From Alphaproteobacteria bacterium (GTDB lineage: Bacteria > Pseudomonadota > Alphaproteobacteria > UBA9219 > RFNS01), in contig WGMR01000007.1 in the NCBI GenBank assembly GCA_016124955.1, positions 32,840-96,839 on the forward strand: a stretch of DNA of 64,000 bases, in the 5' to 3' direction. Each line of letters starts with the position of its first letter. Position 1 is the stretch's first letter. The translations under genes and the position numbers were made by a program. Under the pieces are notes generated by a model that was not told the origin of the DNA, searched no databases, and saw only the letters and a program-made list of their open reading frames with translations. Positions 18,540 through 26,744 of this stretch are shown in pieces.

Positions 18540-18872
18540 ATGTTGGAACCGGTAAACTCAATTGGGAGTAGCGGTGCCTATGGCGGCAGACTTTCTGCCG
18601 CTACGGTAGGCGCGGGCTTCGAGCAGAGCGGGTCGATTAAAGCGGCCACGCCGAGCGAAGCTATTTCGCCGCGTATCAAGGCTGACCCGGTCGCAGGCGT
18701 GATCGTTCAGTTCCTTGACTCGAAGGGCGAAGTGCAAGTGCAAACACCTTCGGTCGCCACGGTCGCCTATTTGAAGGCCGGCCTGACCTCGGAAGGCGGC
18801 GTGCGCAGCGAAACCCAGCTTCCTTCGGTCGATGCCGAAGCGGCCGCCGCAGAAATTGAAGTAACAGCCTAA
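18540..18872 (+). CDS. flaG: flagellar protein FlaG
   Basis: About 110 aa; motif VIVQFLDSKGEVQVQTPSV resembles the FlaG-family core (V.F.D..TGE.I.QIP). Confidence 0.6.
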   Translation: MLEPVNSIGSSGAYGGRLSAATVGAGFEQSGSIKAATPSEAISPRIKADPVAGVIVQFLDSKGEVQVQTPSVATVAYLKAGLTSEGGVRSETQLPSVDAEAAAAEIEVTA

Positions 18873-18895
18873 AGGCATCTGCCCCGTTTTTCGGT

Positions 18896-18920
18896 GCGGC
18901 CGCCTGCGGGCGGTTTTTTT
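18896..18920 (+). terminator. rho-independent terminator after flaG
   Basis: CCGCC-TGCG-GGCGG stem followed by TTTTTTT. Confidence 0.5.
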
Positions 18921-18989
18921 GTGCCTGAAATTTGCCCTTCATTTCCATAAACCCGGCGGATCCGCGCCGCACGCGAACACATTGCGGGC

Positions 18990-20540
18990 ATGAAACCCGG
19001 CCGGTATGATCGGGCGATGCCGCTTCAGCACCCAACCGCCATCCAGGATCATGCCTCCGCGCTTGCGCAAGCGCGCGCGCAGCTGCAGGCCGGCGATGCG
19101 GCGGCCGCGCTGAAAACGCTGGACGATGCCCGCCGCGCCAGCCCGCAAAGCCCCGAAATATTGTTCATGATGGCCAACATCATGAACAATATGGGGCAAA
19201 GCGAGGGCGCGGTTCTGTTATACCGTCAGTTGCTTGGCCTGCGCCCGCGCGACCCGGGCATTTTGAACAATCTTGCCGGCGCCTTGCACGAGCTTGGCCG
19301 GCTGGATGAGGCAGACACCTATATAAGGGAGGCGCTGGCGTTGCGCGCCGACATGCCGGATTTGTGGGTAACGCAGGCGACGATCGACGATGTGCGCGGC
19401 CGCCGCGCCGAAGCGGAAACAAGCCTGCGCCGCGCGCTGGCGGCGCGCGGCGATCACCCGGTGGCGCTTGCCAACCTTGCCGCGCTGCTTTCGGCCCGTG
19501 GCGCGTATGACGAAGCGGAAAGAATGCGCGGGGCTGCGCGCGCGCAATTGGGCGACCGGCCGCGCCTGCTGGTGGCGCAGGCGAACGATTTCTTCCGCGC
19601 CGGGCGGCTTGGCGCGGCCTGGCCGCTTTACGAGGCGCGCTTTGCCGCTGCGCCCGGCGAACCGGCCATGGTAGCGGCGCGCGGTTTCGCGCAGCCCCGC
19701 TGGCGGGGCGAGAAGACCGGCGGGGCGCTGCTTGTGTGGGCCGAACAGGGTATCGGCGAAGAGATTATGTATGGCGCGCTTTTGCCCGAAGCGGCCGGGC
19801 GTTGCGCCCGGCTTGTCGCGGAATGCGATGCGCGGCTGGTTGAAATTTTTGCGCGGTCATTTCCGGGCGTGCAATGCATTGCGCGGCGCAGCCCGGCGGA
19901 CCCGCCCGACCCGCGCTGCGCCGCGGGCGACATTGCGGCGCAAATTCCGTTCGCCAGTCTTGGCGGCATTTTCCGCAACGGCGAAAAAGATTTTCCGCGC
20001 CACGAAGGTTATCTGAAGGCCGATGCGCCGCGCGCCGCCGCCCTTCGTGCCGATTATGCGGCACAGGCGGGGGAGGGGAAGACGCTGGTCGGCATTTCGT
20101 GGCGTTCAAAGCCGTATAAATACAGCGATCCGAAAAGCTCCGACCTGCAAGATTGGGAGGCGCTTTTGCGCGCGCCCGGCATCGTGTGCGTCAGTTTACA
20201 GTATGGCGATTGTAAAGCCGAACTGGAAGCCGCGCGCGCCGCGGGCGCGACAGTGCTGCATGACGATGCGATCGATCCGCTGCGCGACATGGATGCTTTC
20301 ATGGCGCAGGCGGCGGCGATGGACCGGATTGTGACGGTCAGCAACGCGACCGCGCATGTGGCGGGCGCGCTTGGCAAAACGGCGGATGTGCTTGTGCCGC
20401 ATGGCGGTGCCGCCCCGCCGCACTGGCAGGCCGAACGCGGCGATAGCCCGTGGTACCCGGCCTTGACGCTTTGGCGGCAGGACGCGCCGGGCGCGTGGCG
20501 CGGGCTTGTCGAACGAATTGCGGAAAATATGGCGCGGTGA
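18990..20540 (+). CDS. second TPR + GT9-like glycosyltransferase paralog (FlmG/FlbA-like)
   Basis: TPR repeats N-terminal; C-terminal GIGEEIMYGALL and SNATAHVAGALGKTADVLVP plus SPWYP motifs parallel to the 14429..16054 protein. Confidence 0.6.
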   Translation: MKPGRYDRAMPLQHPTAIQDHASALAQARAQLQAGDAAAALKTLDDARRASPQSPEILFMMANIMNNMGQSEGAVLLYRQLLGLRPRDPGILNNLAGALHELGRLDEADTYIREALALRADMPDLWVTQATIDDVRGRRAEAETSLRRALAARGDHPVALANLAALLSARGAYDEAERMRGAARAQLGDRPRLLVAQANDFFRAGRLGAAWPLYEARFAAAPGEPAMVAARGFAQPRWRGEKTGGALLVWAEQGIGEEIMYGALLPEAAGRCARLVAECDARLVEIFARSFPGVQCIARRSPADPPDPRCAAGDIAAQIPFASLGGIFRNGEKDFPRHEGYLKADAPRAAALRADYAAQAGEGKTLVGISWRSKPYKYSDPKSSDLQDWEALLRAPGIVCVSLQYGDCKAELEAARAAGATVLHDDAIDPLRDMDAFMAQAAAMDRIVTVSNATAHVAGALGKTADVLVPHGGAAPPHWQAERGDSPWYPALTLWRQDAPGAWRGLVERIAENMAR

Positions 20541-20552
20541 CGGGCGCGGCGT

Positions 20553-21392
20553 TTATGTGCCCGCCGGCATATCCATTTTCGGGGCGGGCTTGTTTTGCGG
20601 CGCGGCCTTGTCATCGCCCATGGGAATGAAATCAAGCTCCTTTTGCAAGCCGAGTTCGCGCACCGCATCGCGCAGCGCTTGCAATGTCTGGCGGTCAAGT
20701 TCCATCGCGCGGGTCAGGCGGGTCGCAACGATTTCTTCGGGCGTTTTCTGAACCGGCGGCGGCGGCGCGGCGGCGGGCGCGCATTGTGCCGCGCTGGCTT
20801 GCTGCATCAGCGCAGGTTTTTGCGCGGGTTTCTGCGCCGCGCCTTCCTTGTTTTCCGCACCCGCCTTTTCAGGCGCACCGGTATAAATCGGCGGCATGCT
20901 GCTAAGACGGACGAAGGCGCGCTCCTTCGGCACAATCACCTTGCTGGCTACCTTGCTGGCATCATGCCAGTTGTAGGGATCGAGCTGCCCCGGGACGACC
21001 GAGGCATTTTCTTTTTCATTGAAGGTTGAAAACACGCGGAAATCTTCTTCGTCAGCGGCTTCCGCGGCCTCTTCGCCGGTCTTGTCTTCGGGTGGCAGGC
21101 TGCTGATCACGCGTTGCCAGCTTGGCGGCGGGGGCGGGTTGATGCGTTCGATGACCGCCTGCATTGCAGGCGCGGGCGCGGCTTCGCCTTCTGCTGCCGT
21201 GCCTTCGCTTTCCGCAACGTCCGGCGCTTCAAGCGCATCGAAATCGACGGCATCAATATCCTTCCAGCCGCTGTTGATCGCACCGAAAGGATCAATGTCT
21301 GCGGCCCCGGCGTGCGGCGGCATGGCAAGCATCAGCATCGCGCCCAGAAGAAGCGTGCCACGAAGCGGTATTTTTTTGTTCAGCGCCTGCAT
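20553..21392 (-). CDS. secreted Pro/Ala/Glu-rich hypothetical protein
   Basis: Signal peptide MQALNKKIPLRGTLLLGAMLMLAMPPHAGA then low-complexity acidic/Pro-rich sequence; start chosen at internal ATG preceding the signal peptide. Confidence 0.45.
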   Translation of the reverse strand: MQALNKKIPLRGTLLLGAMLMLAMPPHAGAADIDPFGAINSGWKDIDAVDFDALEAPDVAESEGTAAEGEAAPAPAMQAVIERINPPPPPSWQRVISSLPPEDKTGEEAAEAADEEDFRVFSTFNEKENASVVPGQLDPYNWHDASKVASKVIVPKERAFVRLSSMPPIYTGAPEKAGAENKEGAAQKPAQKPALMQQASAAQCAPAAAPPPPVQKTPEEIVATRLTRAMELDRQTLQALRDAVRELGLQKELDFIPMGDDKAAPQNKPAPKMDMPAGT

Positions 21393-21859
21393 ATATCCTG
21401 CCCTGTGCCCTGCGGCTGTGCCGCAGTTCCGGTAGTCTTTTCCACCTTTCATCTTAACCTTGAGGCGCTAAGAAAGACTGAAAAATGCCAACAATCTTAT
21501 ATAGTTGAATGGGTTAGCATGGTTATCGGGGCCGCCGTATTTACGAAAAATTTATCATAATCGCCGTCCGCCCTTTTGTTTAAAGCCATACGAATCTTTG
21601 CAGAGTCAAAGGCTTGGTGGAAAAACCGGCTTCTTTTGCATGTTGCGGGGCGAGCGTTAACACAATTGCTACCATTTAAAAATATTGTAGCTGAACGGTA
21701 AAACGCCGCGCGACCGGCACCCCGTTATGGGGTTGTAGCCTGCGCTCATTGGGGATTGTTTCGTATCCGTGATTTGGTGTAAAACCGTACACGGGTGTTT
21801 TGGTGGTAACTTGATAAGGAAAGACTGTCGTGTCCCGTTTCGATTCTCCTGGTAGCGCC

Positions 21860-22378
21860 ATGTTTGCCGACGACGGCGAGCAGGTGAAAGCGGTAGTGAA
21901 GTGGTTCAATGGCGCCAAGGGTTTCGGCTTTGTCGCCCCCGCCGATGGTTCCGCAGACGCCTTCCTCCATATTTCCGTGCTTAACCGCGCCGGGATGCAG
22001 CAGATCGCCGAAGGCACCGAGCTTGCCGTTAAAATCGCGCAGGGCGCCAAAGGCCCGCAGGTCACCAGCATCGTTGAAGTTTTGGGCACCGCCCCGATCC
22101 CGCAAAGCGCCAGCAATGGTGGCGGCATGCGCATGGGCGGCGGACGCCCCGCCCCGACCGGGCCGGAGATCGAGATTGTCGGCACCGTCAAATGGTTCAA
22201 GCCCGACAAGGGTTTCGGTTTCGTCACCGCCGATGATGGTGACAAGGATATCTTCGTCCACAAAAGCATATTGCGCACCGCCGGCCTCGCCGACTTGCAG
22301 CCCGGTCAACGCGTGCAAATGAAGGTGCAGACGGCTTCCAAGGGCCGCGAAGCGACCTGGATCCAGTCCGCCGAATAA
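21860..22378 (+). CDS. tandem cold-shock-domain protein (two CSDs)
   Basis: Two copies of the VKWFNxxKGFGF RNP1 motif with FVH RNP2; long (about 400 bp) 5' leader as in csp genes. Confidence 0.8.
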   Translation: MFADDGEQVKAVVKWFNGAKGFGFVAPADGSADAFLHISVLNRAGMQQIAEGTELAVKIAQGAKGPQVTSIVEVLGTAPIPQSASNGGGMRMGGGRPAPTGPEIEIVGTVKWFKPDKGFGFVTADDGDKDIFVHKSILRTAGLADLQPGQRVQMKVQTASKGREATWIQSAE

Positions 22379-22464
22379 AACGGCTATCCCGGACATCTGA
22401 AAGCGCGTTCCGCGCTTCCGTGCCTGCGCATCCCTAAAAAACGAATTTCTGTTTCAGGGAAGAT

Positions 22465-25400
22465 TTATTCCACGCTGATGCGCGCGGCTTCGCTGCGTGC
22501 CAGTATTGCGCCGGTTTCGCCATCGCTGACATTGGCGGCGGGCCAGCTATAGCCGCCCTTGCGCGCCGCGCGCACCAGATAGGCGAAGTGAAAATCCCGC
22601 CCTTGCAGCGGCGCGAGCTTTGCGGTGGCAGCGCCGGCGCCTGCCGCCGAAGCGATCTGCGCCGACAGATGCGGCATCCATCTGAACTGTCCCGATTGCG
22701 CGCCTTCCGCCAGCGGCAAACCGGCGGGCGCGAGCCCGCGCGGCAAGGCATCCTTGATGACAAGCGTTGTGCCCTGCGGCGGGCGCGTAAACGTGCCGTC
22801 GATAAGAACGACATAGGCCGCGCCGTTTTCTAGCTTGGCGGCGCGCGCCAGCATGCCGCCATCGATCCTGAACAGCCGCCGCGCGATACGCACGCCGTCT
22901 TTCGCGGGCGCGCGTTTGCCGGTTGCGGGTACAAGCGCGCAAGCGTGCAGAGCCCGCGTGCCGCGATTGGCAAGCGCAAGCGGGCCGTCTTTTCCGCCAT
23001 AACCGAGCAGGCGCAGGCCCGCGACCCTGTCGGGTTCGCCGCCGCCGGTCGCATATTCCCAAACGCCGGCGCGGCGCAAAAGCCGCATGAACAAGGCGGC
23101 CAGCCGCGCGCGCGTAATATCGCCGGTTTGTGCGGGGTCGATACGCGGGCCAAGTTCATCCCACAGCGGCAACAGTTCGTTGTTGGCGGTATCGTCATCG
23201 CCCGAAAGCAAGGCAACGGTGGCCAGCGCGGCATGAGGGTGATCGCGCAACAAAGAAGGCATTTGCGCCAGCGCGCGCGTGCGGTATTCGCTCGCTTCCG
23301 AAGCCGCGCCGCCCCGTGCGAGCGCGAAGGCAATTTGCGCTTCGGCCGGCGCCATGCGCGCGGCATTGCCGAAATTGCTGATAAAATAATGCAAAGCGCT
23401 GTTCCATGCGGCGGGCGGCACGGCTTCGGGCGACTGTGCCAGCGCGTAGAAGGCAAGCGCGCGCGCTTCCAGTTCGCGCTCCACTTCCCAGTTCTGATCG
23501 AGCCGTTTGATGACCCAGTCCGCCGCTTGCCGCGCCAGCACCGGCGGCGCCGCAGGGTTTTCCGCCATTGCCATCAGGGCGCCCGCCGTGGCGGCAAGGT
23601 CGCTTTCCCGTCCGTGCGGCGAAACCGCGAAACCGCCATCGCCCTGCTGGCGCTGCAGCAGCGATGCCGTCAGCTGTGCGCGCCTGCGTTCGATCACCGT
23701 GCGCGTGTACGGCAAATCCCCCGGCAGCCCGGCCGCAAGCCGCAACGCGACGATAATTTCGGCCATATCCTGCGTCGCCGCCGCATTCAGGCGCGGCAGG
23801 CCGGCGAGGATGGAAAGAAAGGGCGCGCCGCCAACGGACGAAAGCGCGATTTTCAGCGTGTCCGGCGCTTTGCCCGCTTTTTCCATGCCTTGCAATTTTC
23901 CGTGCAAGCTTTTCGCCGCCGCCGCGTTCGCGTTTTCGCCCGGCCCTATGGGCGGCAGGCAATATTGCTCCATGGCTTGCGCGGGCGCGGCGCCAGAAAT
24001 GACCGCGGGCTTCTTCGCGTCCGTATCTTCCAAAGGTTTCGCGGCCAGCATGGCATGCGCGTTCACTTCCTGCACCGCATCGCCGTTCTGCACGATGGCA
24101 TAGAAAAGCGTTGCGCCCGCGCTATCCGGCAGCCGGATTTGCGCGGCGGCGATGCCGGCACGATCGGTGCGCACAACTGCGCTGGCGGTGCTTCCGGCAC
24201 GGGCGGCCGGGGGAAAGGCCGCGCTTTTACCGGTTGTTTCGGCTTGTGCGGGCGAAAACACAAAACCATCGCTATCGCGCAAGGCAACGCGCACGGGCGC
24301 CGGGCGCTGCCACGCATCGCTTATGGGCGCAAAGCGCGTCGTTTCGCTGCGGGCCAGCGGCACGGCAACGATACGGACGGCGGTTTGTTCGCCGTTATCG
24401 GTGACGTTTACGGGAATGGCGGCGGTCCCGTCCGCGCGCATATCTTCGGGCAGCGCCAGGGTGACGGTTTCGGTCGCGGCGCTGAGCGGGAACCAAGCCG
24501 TGCCTTCGGCGCGGCGGGCCTCGCCGTCGTTTACGCCGGTTTGCTCGGTCGCGACCGCAAGAACATTGACGCCGCGCCGCCAATCCGCGCCGCTGGCAAC
24601 CTCGATGAACGCGCCGTCTTCGCCCACGGTGCGATCGATCACCTGCCGTACTTTATTATCGGCCAGCACAAGCATCACGCGTGCGGGCCAAGGCGGCGCC
24701 ACGAACAGCCAGCCCTTGTCGCCCGGCCGCAACGCCTGTTCCATGACGCTGAGCTTGACCTTGCCCGCCGCCAGGCTTTGCTTGCTTTCAAGCCACCAGC
24801 CGGCGCTGAAACGCAGCGCGCTCATGCTCGCCCGGCCTTCGCTGAAGACATCGAGCCGGTAGTGGCCCGCATGCACCGGAAGTTCAAGCCCCGTCTGCAT
24901 GCCGCCCGCGCCGCCGAGCTTGCCGCGCGCGATGAACAGATCGTGCGGCGCGGCGCGGTATTGCCACTGGCCTTCATGCTGGTACCAGGTAAAATGTTGC
25001 TGTTCTTCGACCAGTTCGTAGGTCAGCGCGGGCAGCGGGATACGCCGCCCGGCGGCGTCGGCGGCGATAAGGGTAAAACCGGCGAGCGCGTTTTCAGGCA
25101 CCGCATGGCCCGGAAAGGCCGGGATAATGCCGATCGCGACCGGCTGCGGGATGCGGGAAAGTGCCAACGGCGCGTTCGTTTCCGCCGCCTGCAGCGGCGG
25201 CGCGAGCCGCGCGGCGATAACGGCTTCCATCGGCGTGTGCGCCGCTTCGGGCGCGGGCGGCAGTTTTACGGCGACTTGCGCCGCGCCCTGCGCGTCGGTC
25301 GTGAAGGATGCGACCGGAACGGGTTCGGTTCCGCCTGCGGCGTAAATGCCGTATTCGGCCGCCTCGGCCGGCGTGCCTGCCTGCACGGCCGCGAAAGGCT

Positions 25401-26718
25401 TGCGTGTCGCGCGCCAGTGCGCCCATAGCCGCCCGCTTATATGCGCAGCCGCCCGCCCGGCGGTGTCTTTCACATGCAGTTGCAGAGAAACGCTTTCCCC
25501 GCCGCGCACATTGTGCTGCGCGCTTTCGATACCGACATCCAGCGCGCCTTGCCCGTCATCGACATCGAAAGGCGCGACCGCCAGCATTTTGCCGCTCGCA
25601 TCCAGCAGCCGCGCTTCCCATTTCCCGGTCGGCGCCCAGGCTGGCAGCGTGTATTCCGTGCCGACAAGCCCGCTGGCGCTTTCCAAAGGCAGTTCCGCCA
25701 TCACAAGGCCGCCCGCGCGTATAATTTGCACGAATGCGCCCGGCGCGACGGTTTCGCGCGCCGCCTGCTTGCGGATATTTTGCGCCGCCGCGCCGGCGGG
25801 CGGGGCGATGCCGGTCAAAATAACGGGCTGGCCCGGACGGTAGCGCCCGCGGTCCGCGAACAGCATGGAGGGGCCGGGCTCGGGCGCCGGGTGTTCGTCT
25901 TCCAGCTCAAGCGCGGTTACGCCGCCATCCGGCCCGTAGGCCAGAACGTGGCGCACGCGATCGTTGTTGGGCGTAAATTCTGGCTCAAGCGCGGCAACAA
26001 AGGCATGGCCTTGCGCATCCGTCACGGCGGACGCGAGGCCCGCATGTTCCGCGCCGCCAAGCCGCAACGTAACGTCTGCATAGGCCGCGCCGGTTGCGCG
26101 GTTGCGCGCATAGAAGTGCCAGCCATCTTCGGCGGTAACGGCGGTAAGCAGGATATCGCTGACCGTAAACCAATAGGCCGCATGCTTGCCGGGCACCGCA
26201 GCATCGGACGCTTCAAGCACATAAACGCCGCGGCGCATGCCGCGCGCGCCGCCCGCCATGGCGGCGGCGGGAACGGCGCGGTCAACCGCCTTGCCGTCTT
26301 CCGCGCCCGTGACCATTGTGCCGCGCCAAATGATATCGCCTTGCGCGGCCAGCAGGCCTGCTGCGTTATCGTCGCCAAGGCCTTGCTGGCGGCGGATGCG
26401 CGCCATGCGTTCGATCGCTTCGCGGTCCTTCAGTTCGTATAAAGCCAGCCGCACCAGCTGCACGCCGACCGTATGCAGCACCGGCCCGCCTTCTTCCGGC
26501 CCCGGCAGGAGCGCGCCGCCGCTCCGGAACGCCAGCGCGGCCGCGCCCGCCGTTTGCGGCCGGGGCGCCCGTTCTGCCGCCCGCGCCCCGGCGGCGCAGG
26601 CAAGCCATACGCACAGTGCCGGCAAAAGTGCGGGCAGCAGCGCGCGCAGGAAAAATTTCGTGCGGATTTGTGGCGGGCTCAGAAACATGACGCGCAATCT
26701 AGACCGTTTTATACGCAA
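22465..26718 (-). CDS. alpha-2-macroglobulin family protein (bacterial, thioester-less), probable lipoprotein
   Basis: 1417 aa; MG2-domain signature FADRGRYRPGQPVILTG; helical TED-like region near C-terminus; no CxEQ thioester motif in translation; N-terminal signal with Cys. Confidence 0.6.
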   Translation of the reverse strand: MRIKRSRLRVMFLSPPQIRTKFFLRALLPALLPALCVWLACAAGARAAERAPRPQTAGAAALAFRSGGALLPGPEEGGPVLHTVGVQLVRLALYELKDREAIERMARIRRQQGLGDDNAAGLLAAQGDIIWRGTMVTGAEDGKAVDRAVPAAAMAGGARGMRRGVYVLEASDAAVPGKHAAYWFTVSDILLTAVTAEDGWHFYARNRATGAAYADVTLRLGGAEHAGLASAVTDAQGHAFVAALEPEFTPNNDRVRHVLAYGPDGGVTALELEDEHPAPEPGPSMLFADRGRYRPGQPVILTGIAPPAGAAAQNIRKQAARETVAPGAFVQIIRAGGLVMAELPLESASGLVGTEYTLPAWAPTGKWEARLLDASGKMLAVAPFDVDDGQGALDVGIESAQHNVRGGESVSLQLHVKDTAGRAAAHISGRLWAHWRATRKPFAAVQAGTPAEAAEYGIYAAGGTEPVPVASFTTDAQGAAQVAVKLPPAPEAAHTPMEAVIAARLAPPLQAAETNAPLALSRIPQPVAIGIIPAFPGHAVPENALAGFTLIAADAAGRRIPLPALTYELVEEQQHFTWYQHEGQWQYRAAPHDLFIARGKLGGAGGMQTGLELPVHAGHYRLDVFSEGRASMSALRFSAGWWLESKQSLAAGKVKLSVMEQALRPGDKGWLFVAPPWPARVMLVLADNKVRQVIDRTVGEDGAFIEVASGADWRRGVNVLAVATEQTGVNDGEARRAEGTAWFPLSAATETVTLALPEDMRADGTAAIPVNVTDNGEQTAVRIVAVPLARSETTRFAPISDAWQRPAPVRVALRDSDGFVFSPAQAETTGKSAAFPPAARAGSTASAVVRTDRAGIAAAQIRLPDSAGATLFYAIVQNGDAVQEVNAHAMLAAKPLEDTDAKKPAVISGAAPAQAMEQYCLPPIGPGENANAAAAKSLHGKLQGMEKAGKAPDTLKIALSSVGGAPFLSILAGLPRLNAAATQDMAEIIVALRLAAGLPGDLPYTRTVIERRRAQLTASLLQRQQGDGGFAVSPHGRESDLAATAGALMAMAENPAAPPVLARQAADWVIKRLDQNWEVERELEARALAFYALAQSPEAVPPAAWNSALHYFISNFGNAARMAPAEAQIAFALARGGAASEASEYRTRALAQMPSLLRDHPHAALATVALLSGDDDTANNELLPLWDELGPRIDPAQTGDITRARLAALFMRLLRRAGVWEYATGGGEPDRVAGLRLLGYGGKDGPLALANRGTRALHACALVPATGKRAPAKDGVRIARRLFRIDGGMLARAAKLENGAAYVVLIDGTFTRPPQGTTLVIKDALPRGLAPAGLPLAEGAQSGQFRWMPHLSAQIASAAGAGAATAKLAPLQGRDFHFAYLVRAARKGGYSWPAANVSDGETGAILARSEAARISVE

Positions 26719-26744
26719 AGGAAATTGGCGCTTGCGGCGTGCGA

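Noticed and set aside
18350-18540. Sigma28-like promoter (TTTAAC-N11-GCCGATTT) upstream of flaG
   Set aside because: Weak -35 match and no evidence that this lineage uses a FliA-type sigma factor; left as unassigned promoter region.
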